Positions 25,988 through 35,298 of a stretch of 64,000 bases of DNA are shown here, piece after piece. The DNA lies in IMG/VR virus record IMGVR_UViG_3300038441_001119, positions 1-64,000 of that record. One strand, given 5' to 3'. Numbering within the stretch: the stretch's first letter is position 1; every line of letters starts with the position of its first letter. The notes under the pieces are model-generated. The model did no database searches, was not told the DNA's origin, and worked only from the letters and a program-made list of their open reading frames with translations. The position numbers and the translations under genes are program-made.

Positions 25988-26772
25988 CGTGGGAGGGTTA
26001 CTTTCTCTTTTTCAGTGTTGCGGACGTTCAGGGTGTCGATTTCGAAAGCCGGAGCTTCGATACCGAGGGGATCGGCTTTGTTTGATTTGGTGGACACCAC
26101 CTCAGCTTCGACCTCGATGGACTCGTTGAGGATGGAGGTTTCCAGATCAGCGAACGCAGAGTTCATACTCGACTGGATAGCCGTCACAGCTGTGTCGGTC
26201 ATCAGTTTGGTGATGAAGTCTTCTCCAGCGTTGGCTGCCGAACTCAGTTTGGCAGCAGCCTGAGCCACACGCCATTCAGCACGCTTGTGATCGATCATCT
26301 CGCCAAACTTGACAAGGTCGGACTGCGCCTTCTTGTATTTGGCTTTGCGAAGTTCGAACAGCTGTACCAGTTTTTTGTATGGTTCAGCGAACTTGTCCGG
26401 CTGATCGGGATACTTCTCTTTGAAGTCAGTATATTCCGATCTGAAGTTGAGCACTTCATTATGGAACGTTCTGATGGTCTCCAAGAAACGAGCCAGATCC
26501 TTTTCGCGTTGAACGAATTGGTTCTCCAAGGTTTCCACCGGATTGATGGTTGCCTCATACTTCATGGCCTTCAACCTCCAGTTGGCGAACTTCATGGAGA
26601 TCGCCGGAAGGAATGTCAGGGTGAGCGCCGCAATGACACCTGCGACAATCAGCGCAAGCAGTCCTTGGATGGCGAGGAAGACGAACGGATAGACGACAAA
26701 ACCAATGATCAGGAGACCGATGATTTTGGCGACTTGTTCGAGTTGTTTTCTTTTTCTTTCGAGTTGGTTCAT
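25984..26772 (-). CDS. Membrane-anchored long coiled-coil protein (PspA/IM30-like architecture)
   Basis: Two N-terminal TM helices followed by about 150 aa of heptad-rich helix. Confidence 0.65.
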   Translation of the reverse strand: MNQLERKRKQLEQVAKIIGLLIIGFVVYPFVFLAIQGLLALIVAGVIAALTLTFLPAISMKFANWRLKAMKYEATINPVETLENQFVQREKDLARFLETIRTFHNEVLNFRSEYTDFKEKYPDQPDKFAEPYKKLVQLFELRKAKYKKAQSDLVKFGEMIDHKRAEWRVAQAAAKLSSAANAGEDFITKLMTDTAVTAIQSSMNSAFADLETSILNESIEVEAEVVSTKSNKADPLGIEAPAFEIDTLNVRNTEKEKVTLPR

Positions 26773-26832
26773 TGTGCTGTGTTTACAAGTATAAAGAGAG
26801 CACCGAGTTGTCCCGATGCTATCTGGTGGATG

Positions 26833-27465
26833 TCAGACGATTGCGTCGTAGGGTAAGTTGTGGGACACTTTGTAGGAGCCTTCCACGCCCTTGACCTTCT
26901 TAAAATATGCCTCGCGTCTTGCGACAACGTCAGCAGAAGGCAGGTATATCATATGACCAACACAGTTTGCACTGACCAGCTTACCGCTAGGATCATTCTC
27001 CACATAACCATAAGCCACCGTGAAGTCTGATTCCGCACAGCAGCTAATGTAGAAACTCTCCTTGTCTCCCACATTGGAATAAAAGTCTTCCCACGCTACC
27101 GTACTTTTGAGATGAGGGATATCCTCGTAATCCTGTTGCCAAGAAAACTGACGACATGCGTAGGGGTCGTAGTAACGCATAGTGACAGTGTACCCGCAAG
27201 TCCGGCATCCGTCATGGCCCTGTCTCCACCGCTTGATGTACAGCAGAACATCCAGACCTTCGTTGATAGCATGCTTGAGTTGGTATTGAGCCTCACAGCT
27301 CTCACGATAGAAAGGTGCGTCCATACCTGCAGCAGCTGCAAGCAAGAACTCCTTGAACCCACGAATACATGTCGCAGGTGCTTCCGCTGTCGCCACTTGT
27401 GGTACAGCGAGCAGGGTCGCGATGGCAACGCCAAGGACCCCCGATAGGAATGATCTTCTTTTCAT
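26833..27465 (-). CDS. Hypothetical protein with Tat signal peptide
   Basis: N-terminus MKRRSFLSGVLGVAIATLLAVPQVATA. Confidence 0.7.
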   Translation of the reverse strand: MKRRSFLSGVLGVAIATLLAVPQVATAEAPATCIRGFKEFLLAAAAGMDAPFYRESCEAQYQLKHAINEGLDVLLYIKRWRQGHDGCRTCGYTVTMRYYDPYACRQFSWQQDYEDIPHLKSTVAWEDFYSNVGDKESFYISCCAESDFTVAYGYVENDPSGKLVSANCVGHMIYLPSADVVARREAYFKKVKGVEGSYKVSHNLPYDAIV

Positions 27466-27474
27466 GGTGTGAAT

Positions 27475-27498
27475 GAGGGGCTGCCGAAACAGCCCCTC
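27475..27498 (-). terminator. Putative terminator
   Basis: Stem GAGGGGCTG/CAGCCCCTC. Confidence 0.55.
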
Positions 27499-27508
27499 TG
27501 TTGATACG

Positions 27509-28399
27509 TTACATATTGTCTGCGGTCAGCAGGTTGGTGAACTCATCCGAAAGGGCCAAGATGCTCGACCATTTCTCGAATTCATTACCGGCACCGGTTG
27601 CAAGTTCCTGCAGCTGTGACACTGGAATGAACTTGGGATCGTGCATGCTGTTTTCGAACTCAAGGTTGTCGATGTTCTTCAGATTGACCGTGAACACCAG
27701 TCCGAGATGGACTTTGGACACGGAGGACTCCGAATCGCACAACAACCCTTCGTACTCGATGAGATCGATGTCCTTGGGCAGGATACCAAGCTCTTCTTTC
27801 AGCTCACGCAGAAGCGCAATCATCTTCCAGTTGTCGGGCATGTTGTGTGCGCCGAACTGCTGAACACCGATACCGAAATCAGTGTCATTGATGTGCCCTC
27901 CGACGCCGACAGCATACTTTCCGACGAGCCTGCCTTCGCCGCTCTTCTTGGAACGCTGGTAAACGAGCACCCGATCTTGGAAGCGCACCACCGCGTAGTT
28001 GATGAGCTGCCTGTACATCGGGTCCAGTTCGGCTTGGAAACGCGGAATGAACGTCAGTTCGGACTCCGAGATGGAATCAGATCCAACAGACATAAATCCA
28101 TCTTGGCTAGGCTCCTGTTTGGTAACCAAGACCCGTTCACCGTTGTAGTGGTCATCCGGATCCGTTTTGACCTGTTCCACGATAATGATGGTTTCCTTCA
28201 GAACCGTGTGCGGGATATGGATGGTGGCACCAGACTGGCTTTCCACTTCCACCAAGATACGCTTTGAGCTTGCGGACAAAGCCTCTTCGATGGCTGACTG
28301 TACAATAGCGATGCCTGCCTTGGTAAGCGCAGGAGTCACTACGATAGGACCCAGTGGTCCGGGGCGCTTGATGATGAGAGTATACAATACTTCAGTCAT
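27509..28399 (-). CDS. NUDIX-family phosphoesterase (COG4112/YmaB-like) with N-terminal extension
   Basis: E-x-DP-x-YRQ, GEGRL..KYAVGVGGHIN, RELKEELG, VHLG. Confidence 0.75.
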   Translation of the reverse strand: MTEVLYTLIIKRPGPLGPIVVTPALTKAGIAIVQSAIEEALSASSKRILVEVESQSGATIHIPHTVLKETIIIVEQVKTDPDDHYNGERVLVTKQEPSQDGFMSVGSDSISESELTFIPRFQAELDPMYRQLINYAVVRFQDRVLVYQRSKKSGEGRLVGKYAVGVGGHINDTDFGIGVQQFGAHNMPDNWKMIALLRELKEELGILPKDIDLIEYEGLLCDSESSVSKVHLGLVFTVNLKNIDNLEFENSMHDPKFIPVSQLQELATGAGNEFEKWSSILALSDEFTNLLTADNM

Positions 28400-28416
28400 A
28401 GATAAAGCGGCTGAGG

Positions 28417-28977
28417 TTAGTTGCGCTCGTGATAAGGAGTATTGAATCCTCCCGGAGACTTCTTCTTGATCTCCTCCACTAGTTCTGGATTCCACACAGG
28501 AATGCCGTCACCAGCGACTTGGAGGATGTTAATCTCCATGCGATCAGGCACCTGTCCTGTCTTCGGAATGCGTCCTTCGGGCTGGAAACAAACGTGCTGA
28601 CACCCCGACATCAAGAAGGCAGTGCGGATGGCAACGCCCTTGATACCGCTGTGAACATCGGTCACAACATTACCGAGGAAGTCACGTGGATCGACGCTAC
28701 CTTCCGGCAGGTCAACAAATTCAGCTCCGTCGAGACGCTCAGGAACCACCCAGAATCCTTTGACCGGATGAAGGGTTTCCTTGTCGATTTCGCGTGGTTG
28801 GAAGTGGTACTCCACGTTCCCGCCTAGTGCGAAGATCATGAAGTCCAAATGCCCGTGCTGTCCGGTAACTTTGTCAAACACTCTGGTGTTGAGTTTCAGC
28901 ATCTTCAGCAGAGTACGCTCCGCTTTGTCAGGTGTTCCGGGAGCTGGTGCCGGTGTTTTGGCTGCTTTGTCTTTCAT
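28417..28977 (-). CDS. Hypothetical protein with two internal repeats
   Basis: Twice D...G..G........G......FQP. Confidence 0.7.
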   Translation of the reverse strand: MKDKAAKTPAPAPGTPDKAERTLLKMLKLNTRVFDKVTGQHGHLDFMIFALGGNVEYHFQPREIDKETLHPVKGFWVVPERLDGAEFVDLPEGSVDPRDFLGNVVTDVHSGIKGVAIRTAFLMSGCQHVCFQPEGRIPKTGQVPDRMEINILQVAGDGIPVWNPELVEEIKKKSPGGFNTPYHERN

Positions 28978-29003
28978 GGTGGTTTGGTTTCTGTACGTGT
29001 TGG

Positions 29004-29630
29004 TTATTGGTTTTGGGGAGATTCTTCTTGGCGGTATTCGTGGGCTTCAAGATAGTCTTTGTACTTCTCTTTCCATCCGTTTACCGCGTGACCGAGTTTG
29101 CCGACGTCAATGTGTACTTCCTTGCCGGTTTCATTGCCATAGGGTAACTCAAAGTTGGTGATGTACTGGTTGGGGTTATTGAACTCCCTGATCAGTGTCT
29201 TACCTTGCCCATCCTGCATAGTTGGATAGCCTGCCTTGGTAAACTCCTCCAAGAGCTTGGTGGCATGATGTCGGGAGATCTGCGCAACAGTCACGTAAGC
29301 CAGACGGGTTGCCATGATACGGAAGCACTGGAAAGCTTCGTCCCATGTAGCGAACCTGTACTCACGATTATGAGTAACGCCGAAATCATCCACATGGCGG
29401 ATGATCCAAGGAGAACCTCCGGGTTCTTCCAGACATCCTTCTACGAGCCATGGGCGAAACTCTACAAGCAGGTCGTAGGTCCTGAAATAAGCAGAACCTC
29501 CATAGACCGCGTGGGTATAGGTGCTGGATCCTCTGTCAGATTTGGTTCTGAAGAGTGCTTGGGCTTCTTGCGTTTGTTCACGAAAGACATCGAGCTGTTC
29601 TTTCGTCCAGATTACTTTGGGTTCAGGCAT
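29004..29630 (-). CDS. Hypothetical protein
   Basis: Start MPEPKV, after promoter 29666. Confidence 0.7.
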   Translation of the reverse strand: MPEPKVIWTKEQLDVFREQTQEAQALFRTKSDRGSSTYTHAVYGGSAYFRTYDLLVEFRPWLVEGCLEEPGGSPWIIRHVDDFGVTHNREYRFATWDEAFQCFRIMATRLAYVTVAQISRHHATKLLEEFTKAGYPTMQDGQGKTLIREFNNPNQYITNFELPYGNETGKEVHIDVGKLGHAVNGWKEKYKDYLEAHEYRQEESPQNQ

Positions 29631-29665
29631 GGATATGTTGGTTAATGAATAAGGATGTAACTCCT

Positions 29666-29681
29666 CAAGAATATATAACGC
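29666..29681 (-). promoter_or_regulatory. Phage promoter motif GCGTTATATATTCTTG
   Basis: Motif copy. Confidence 0.75.
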
Positions 29682-29862
29682 AGGGTGGGGGTTATTTACC
29701 TGCAGGTAAAAAAGAGACTGCATACCCGGTGCCTGTCTAACACCGGGTATGCTCACAAATCATGAATAAAATACAAAAAGAAAAATCAGTGTGCGTTGGT
29801 TAAGTTACTTCATTGTTAGATGAGTTTTATCCCTTCTATTATATCCGGAGTTGGCTACAAAT

Positions 29863-30171
29863 ATTATCTATGGACGCCGGGGCGCCTCACGGAGTTTCAC
29901 CGTCCGTTTAGTTGTCTTGGTTTTACATAGGCGTATTCTACAGGCTCTTTTGTGTGCGTTCCTTGTCTCCCTTACGGGATTACGGAGAGGGGTCTCCCAG
30001 TTGCTGGCATGTTTCATCACGTAGTTCCCCCATTCTTCACGACCCCACTCAGGGTACACGAAGTCAGCAACCGGGAGCTTGGAAAAGGAATCCTCAACTG
30101 CAGCTATTAACCATCCAGACTATGTCAGCGCCAACCGAACATGCTAGAAACCAAATGGCGCTGCAGTTGAG
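29863..30171 (-). ncRNA. Candidate structured ncRNA directly downstream of tRNA-Ile2
   Basis: 12-bp stem 30093-30104/30160-30171, 13-bp stem 29994-30006/30066-30078, GNRA hairpin CCC-GTAA-GGG. Confidence 0.45.
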
Positions 30172-30176
30172 AAAAG

Positions 30177-30251
30177 TGGTAGGCCCGGCTGGATTCGAAC
30201 CAGCGACTCAAGGATTATGAGTCCTTTACTCTACCGCTGAGTTACAAGCCC
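30177..30251 (-). tRNA. tRNA with CAU anticodon, probably tRNA-Ile2 (lysidine type)
   Basis: Cloverleaf, GA-CTCATAA-TC anticodon arm, GTCGCTGGTTCGAATCCAGC 3' half typical of Ile2, paired 1:72, encoded CCA. Confidence 0.88.
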
Positions 30252-30293
30252 ATTTTTCTAGCTATGAACAACTTCATAACGTAGAATGTTTAC

Positions 30294-30659
30294 ATGAAGA
30301 AATGCTTAGTATGTGGTACTTACGTACCTGAAACTTACAAAAAGTTCTGCTCTAAAAAATGCAAGGTACGTCATAACAGTTCTTATCCTGCGCAGCAGGC
30401 TAGAGGACTGGAACGAAAAACCACTTTAGTAAAACAGAAAGGTGGATGTTGCGAGCACTGCGGTTACCGTAAGAATTTATCTGCGCTACAGTTCCATCAC
30501 ATAGATCCAACCGCTAAGCTAGGACAAGTCGACATGCGCAGCCTTAGCAACCATTCTTGGGAATGGTGTGTTAGGGAAGTTGCGAAATGCCAGCTACTAT
30601 GCGCAAACTGCCATTCGGAACTGCATAATCCTCATCTAGACATCACATCTCTTAGTTGA
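30294..30659 (+). CDS. HNH endonuclease (putative free-standing homing endonuclease)
   Basis: CEHCGY, LQFHHIDP, KCQLLCANCHSELH; N-terminal C-x2-C...FCSKKC Zn motif. Confidence 0.85.
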   Translation: MKKCLVCGTYVPETYKKFCSKKCKVRHNSSYPAQQARGLERKTTLVKQKGGCCEHCGYRKNLSALQFHHIDPTAKLGQVDMRSLSNHSWEWCVREVAKCQLLCANCHSELHNPHLDITSLS

Positions 30660-31404
30660 ACCTGTTTGCAAAAAGGTTCACACGTTTCAGACTATCTTTG
30701 GGGATACTGTCCTTGTGTTCAGAGATTTCCTTCTTGCTTGCAGAGCGAATGTGCCTCGTGTCGATGTGGCAAATCACCGCCTTCGTACCAGACGGACTAG
30801 GGAGCGTGCGATACAGGAAAACAGCACCTGCAGTCCTGACGGCTGTGTAGCGCCCGACATTATGAGGAGTGAAGCCAAGCGATACGTTGACTTCGTCAAG
30901 TGGCGCCTTGAAGACGTGCCCCTTCTCGCGGAACCAAATGTGACCGTCCTTCTCATAATAGTTGGCCTTGAAACTATAAGGCGCGTGATGCCGTTTGTAG
31001 CATCGGAGGATACCTTCTGGATCGACGTACAAGGCTCCGTCGTAAAGACTTTCGACAGTGCGGGGTTGTCCTCCTCCGTCGATTACCAATACGCTCTTAT
31101 GAGTGTCGTCTGCGTAGGCAGATGTTGTGTATACATGCCGAAAGAGCTGCTCCACCTCTTTCTTGCTGCAATGACTGTGAATCCATGAACTGACTGTTGT
31201 CCATGATTTGCCGACCATCGAATTGAGCATACGATGCCCGGCACTGTTCAGATATTGCCGTGGTGTGAAATCACGGTTCCGAGGCTTGGTGGGAAGTCTG
31301 CTCGGTGTTTCGTCGTCTTCGGGATCAGAACCGGGACGAGCTTTAGGTGCCTTGAGTGGGGCGCCGTCGAACTCTTTCTCGGCTGTAAGGATGTTGCTTT
31401 TCAT
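30652..31404 (-). CDS. Hypothetical protein
   Basis: Start MKSNIL, after promoter 31510. Confidence 0.7.
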   Translation of the reverse strand: MKSNILTAEKEFDGAPLKAPKARPGSDPEDDETPSRLPTKPRNRDFTPRQYLNSAGHRMLNSMVGKSWTTVSSWIHSHCSKKEVEQLFRHVYTTSAYADDTHKSVLVIDGGGQPRTVESLYDGALYVDPEGILRCYKRHHAPYSFKANYYEKDGHIWFREKGHVFKAPLDEVNVSLGFTPHNVGRYTAVRTAGAVFLYRTLPSPSGTKAVICHIDTRHIRSASKKEISEHKDSIPKDSLKRVNLFANRFN

Positions 31405-31504
31405 GATGAATGTGTAGGGGTTAAAAAGAATGAGTGCAGGGAGGACATGTCCCAAAAGCCTCCCTGCACCGGTTGTTGTCTTCCGTTATGGAAGCACAGA
31501 TGTG

Positions 31505-31762
31505 CTACCCAAGAATATATAGCACGATGTTCTTGATTGTTGCGAGGTGTCGCAGAGCAAGCTGGATCAGTATAAACAGAAGTGCTGCTATCCAGATGGA
31601 CTGTCTCATCCAAAAGAATCTACCAGCATTACCGAATGTGCGGTCCGGACAACGGGCGCAGCCTACTGCTGTAATCGCAATAGCGTTAATAGCCAGCAAG
31701 AGCCAGTTGGTTTCGGGTTTACCGTTGATGGCAGCAACACTGGATATAGAGAAGCTGATCAT
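31505..31762 (-). CDS. Small membrane protein (start uncertain)
   Basis: Hydrophobic helices; 3' end overlaps the promoter motif. Confidence 0.45.
   Translation of the reverse strand: MISFSISSVAAINGKPETNWLLLAINAIAITAVGCARCPDRTFGNAGRFFWMRQSIWIAALLFILIQLALRHLATIKNIVLYILG
31510..31525 (-). promoter_or_regulatory. Phage promoter motif GTGCTATATATTCTTG
   Basis: Motif copy. Confidence 0.75.
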
Positions 31763-31824
31763 GCATAGTACGTAGCAGAACCTGCCTATGAAAACCCTCG
31801 TAGGTTTATTGTAGTCGCTCACTG

Positions 31825-32355
31825 TTAGTTGCGTCTTGGTAGTGGAGGAAGCTTGATCATATTGTCGAGTTCCTTTGAAACCTTTGCCCACACATCACCG
31901 CGCAGAGCTTCCTTGAACCCACTAACTACCTCGACCATGCTGTCCTTCATGGCTTGCGTGAAGACTTCCAGCATGACGCTTCGCATGAGGTACTGTGCGC
32001 GGGTCTGGTTACCGTATGTGGTGGGTTTGCCGCCGCTGTCCACTTTTGCGTCCCAGTATTCTTTGGACTGTGCGTAAAGCATATCCCGAATGGTGGTCTT
32101 CTTGCCTGTGGCTTGACCCCATTGATCGACTGGAGTGAACTCCATGAGGGCGGTTTGCTCGATATTCTCTCGTAGATAGTCCCCAACGAGAGTCTGAGCC
32201 TGCTGTTGCATTTCAGGCTTGATGACGTTTTTGACATGGTTCTCCAGCCCAGTCATTACTCCGTCTTTATTGAATGACTCGATCAACTGGTCGATGGCTC
32301 GTTGAGTGAGTTCCTCTTGAGTGAGGCCAAGTATGTTTAACAGATCTAGTCCCAT
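31825..32355 (-). CDS. Helical hypothetical protein
   Basis: 176 aa; D-x-WG-x-ATGKKTT motif. Confidence 0.7.
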   Translation of the reverse strand: MGLDLLNILGLTQEELTQRAIDQLIESFNKDGVMTGLENHVKNVIKPEMQQQAQTLVGDYLRENIEQTALMEFTPVDQWGQATGKKTTIRDMLYAQSKEYWDAKVDSGGKPTTYGNQTRAQYLMRSVMLEVFTQAMKDSMVEVVSGFKEALRGDVWAKVSKELDNMIKLPPLPRRN

Positions 32356-32369
32356 ATTGTAAAAGAATG

Positions 32370-32395
32370 AGGGTACCCCCTTTCGAGGGTACCCT
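32370..32395 (-). terminator. Intrinsic terminator
   Basis: Stem AGGGTACCC/GGGTACCCT plus T-tract. Confidence 0.65.
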
Positions 32396-32430
32396 GTTTA
32401 TTTCCCGGTGGCGTGTGTGTAGGTGGGAAG

Positions 32431-34311
32431 TTAGTTGGCGTTGTACTGTCCGTCGACAGGTTCCAGCGGCCAGAGACCCTGCAGGGTAGGATGCTGGTTC
32501 CGAGCGTCGAGCGATGCCTTGACATAGTCAGTGTACGGTTGACCACGACGGGCAACGCGTTGTTCTTCGAGCCGCTTGCGGACATCGTCGAGCGTACACG
32601 TATTGTATTGCTTGCTGTCCTTGAAGATGAGCTGGTAAGCGCAGTTCTCCAATTCTTGCATCGTGGCCTTGTCCTTGAGGTAGGGGACGCCGTCCTTCGA
32701 GAAGAACACAGCGGGGATACCTTCAGCCGACTTCTTGGTACCGTCATCGGTAGCAGGGTTCTTCGACAGAGCGATGGGCTTGTCACCAAAGATACCGAAC
32801 GTCGCTTTGACAGCCATGGCGTGTGTGTCACGGGTGACGAACTGATAGCTGTAGCTTCCGATACCGAAGACGATATTCGTCGAGCAGAAGCCGAGAGCCT
32901 TCATCTGCTCAAGGATCGACTGGCAACGCTGAAGCGTGATCGAGTCACCGTAGATCAGACCAACGAATGGATTGATCTCCCGGTAGCCCTTCGCATTGAC
33001 CTTTCCGCCGAACTCATCCCAGAGACACTCCAGCGATCCGCGAAGGACCGGGGTGTCGACGACAGGAACCAGCTCGTAGTAGTCGTGCTGCGAGTTGGCC
33101 TTGATCTCGTAAGGCTGCCCCTTGTGCCGGACATGGAAGTAGCCGAGAACACGGATCTTCTCCAGAGCGAGTTTGAGGATTTCGTCTTCGATGCGAGTAC
33201 CGACGGCGATTTCCTCAACGTCATAGATCGCCTTGAGAGGATAGGCTTCGCCGCAGACGATCTTGATTGGATCTCCACTGTCAGGGCGGAACACCACCTT
33301 GGCAGGCTGTCCGTTTTGATTGGGCTTCCGGTCGAGGATGATGGGCTTGAGACGCTTGAGACCTTCCGTCATCACCTTCCAGTAGTTGTTGGTGTCCGAG
33401 ACAGCCGACACGATACCGGTAGGGTACTTCTTCGAGAAGAGGTTCTCCATGAAGCGCATCTCACCTTCCCACTTGTCAGTACCGCCGCCGTAGACAGCGA
33501 TACCAGCTTGGGTAACCGAGTGTTCCGTGGCCCGCACCGAGGTACCAATAAGGCTTTCAGTCGGGTAGTAGTTCCGAGTGAATGGGACCGCAGGCATGGT
33601 GTCCGTACCGCAGAAGCTGGTAAGGTGCGACATGCCGGTAAGACACGAGGCTTCCAGACCCTGCATACCTCGCATCGAGAAGTCGTGACCTTGGAATGGA
33701 ACAAAACCCATGTCGCCGCCGGTGTCCTCGCAGAAGCGATCCATCAGTGTACGATACAGATGCGCCGTGGTTGCAGCCGTGACACAGGGCCACATGTTCT
33801 GCGACAACGAGGTCTCCTGATGGTTGACAAGCCAGAAGAAGCGGCTGTCGGTGTTGTAGATCACCATCATCGGAACACGAAGCGGAGTGAGTGTACCTTC
33901 GGGAAGCGCCCAGATAGCCAGAGGCAGATAGCCGAGATCGTGCAGTTCACGTACGTGGTTGTCTCCGACAACACCGGGACCATAGAAGGCGTCGATGTTC
34001 TTGCGGTACAACAGTACGGCGATCTCCTTGTCGCACGAGAAGAAGGCTTCATCCCAGACACCGAGTAGCTGGTACTGGACCCAATACTGGCTACCGAAAG
34101 CAACCACCTCGGTAAGACCGGGATGGCGGGTTGCGCGAGCAGTCAGGTTGGCCATGATCAACTGCGTGTTGTCAGGGTGCTGTGGAAGGTGGTCACCTTT
34201 GTAGGCATCACATCCGGTCATGGGGTCTTGCCACGGGCGGTAGACCTTGTTGTTTGGAGTACGGCGAGCCTTCGGTTTGTCGGCTGCGATCTCTTTGGCG
34301 ATGTTTGTCAT
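32431..34311 (-). CDS. nadV: Nicotinamide phosphoribosyltransferase-like protein (Nampt/Namat)
   Basis: DAYKGDH, GYLPL..ALPEGT, HDFSMRG, GTDT, ATEHSV, VSDT, RPDSGDP, GLIYGDSIT, NIVFGIGS, RDT. Confidence 0.92.
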   Translation of the reverse strand: MTNIAKEIAADKPKARRTPNNKVYRPWQDPMTGCDAYKGDHLPQHPDNTQLIMANLTARATRHPGLTEVVAFGSQYWVQYQLLGVWDEAFFSCDKEIAVLLYRKNIDAFYGPGVVGDNHVRELHDLGYLPLAIWALPEGTLTPLRVPMMVIYNTDSRFFWLVNHQETSLSQNMWPCVTAATTAHLYRTLMDRFCEDTGGDMGFVPFQGHDFSMRGMQGLEASCLTGMSHLTSFCGTDTMPAVPFTRNYYPTESLIGTSVRATEHSVTQAGIAVYGGGTDKWEGEMRFMENLFSKKYPTGIVSAVSDTNNYWKVMTEGLKRLKPIILDRKPNQNGQPAKVVFRPDSGDPIKIVCGEAYPLKAIYDVEEIAVGTRIEDEILKLALEKIRVLGYFHVRHKGQPYEIKANSQHDYYELVPVVDTPVLRGSLECLWDEFGGKVNAKGYREINPFVGLIYGDSITLQRCQSILEQMKALGFCSTNIVFGIGSYSYQFVTRDTHAMAVKATFGIFGDKPIALSKNPATDDGTKKSAEGIPAVFFSKDGVPYLKDKATMQELENCAYQLIFKDSKQYNTCTLDDVRKRLEEQRVARRGQPYTDYVKASLDARNQHPTLQGLWPLEPVDGQYNAN

Positions 34312-34368
34312 ATGTTGGTTACGATGGGAATGGAGCAGGTTCTCAGCCTGCCATATTTGCTGTAAAAA

Positions 34369-35298
34369 TTATACCGGTGCAGGTGCTTCAATAGCCACTG
34401 TAGATGGTGTCGAGAACATGGCTGCGGTTGCCTTTTCGACGGCCTCCAGTACGTCAATCGCACCATTGGTCTGAAGCTGACTGCTGAGGATACCAATCTC
34501 CAGAGAGCGGGTATTCTTATGGACGTTCTTCTGCATATTGCGAAGCTCACGTTGTTCCATTGCAACCTTTTCCAGCTCGATGGACAGTTCCAGAACGCGA
34601 AGGACGGTTTCACCTAAGGCACCATCCAGAGAGAACTCCAGATCAACCGAGGTATAGTTGTATTCATCGTCGCGATAAAATCCTGGAGAATCCCTATACT
34701 CTTTGCTGACACGGTGTGCCAGTGCGATATTTGTACCGATGGTTACCTTCAACACTCCCTCTTTGAGGATCTGTTCCCACACGGATGGTCGGGCAACGTA
34801 AGTGTTACCCGAAAGGTAATTGTGTGTCAGATTGGACACACCGCCACTGGTGCGTCCTGTTATCAGATCATCCAGAGGATGTGAGGTCTCGGTGACCTTC
34901 GGAAAACGGAAAGACAGGTTCATACTGTCGATGAACTTGTCAGCTTCAGCTTTCTTCTGCTCAGGTGTGACTTTGTCGTCAGATTTGAAGACCAGAACCT
35001 GCATTGCCCAGAACACGAGGTTCTTCAGTCCGTCGTGACTTGCCACGATATGTTTCGGGTCCAACAATGGATGCTTGAGGAAGCCGTCGGTGTAAGCGAT
35101 CTTGAGTGCTTCGGCAATCTCGTCATAACGCTTGAGCAAAGCGTTATTTCTATTATCTATTTCTTCTTCAGATTTCAGTTTGACGAGCTGAAGGGCAGCT
35201 TCAACGCGTGCTTGGTCGACTGCTACCGAGTCGCGGGTCTGGGTTGGCACTCCAACAACTTCTACTGTGGTTTCTGCTCGGTCGATATTATCGGACAT
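34369..35298 (-). CDS. Hypothetical protein inside the NAD cluster
   Basis: 309-aa ORF. Confidence 0.75.
   Translation of the reverse strand: MSDNIDRAETTVEVVGVPTQTRDSVAVDQARVEAALQLVKLKSEEEIDNRNNALLKRYDEIAEALKIAYTDGFLKHPLLDPKHIVASHDGLKNLVFWAMQVLVFKSDDKVTPEQKKAEADKFIDSMNLSFRFPKVTETSHPLDDLITGRTSGGVSNLTHNYLSGNTYVARPSVWEQILKEGVLKVTIGTNIALAHRVSKEYRDSPGFYRDDEYNYTSVDLEFSLDGALGETVLRVLELSIELEKVAMEQRELRNMQKNVHKNTRSLEIGILSSQLQTNGAIDVLEAVEKATAAMFSTPSTVAIEAPAPV

Noticed and set aside
30005-30025. Hammerhead-like GTGATGAAAC
   Set aside because: No CUGAUGA core or correctly arranged three-way junction
29868-30059. 63-aa ORF
   Set aside because: GTG start inside paired stems and no initiation signal; RNA structure explains the region better, though coding is not excluded
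32413-34068. 551-aa plus-strand ORF (and similar ones at 36164-37084, 25171-25797, 27641-28267, 61338-62015)
   Set aside because: Antisense shadows of well-supported minus-strand genes; no motifs of their own
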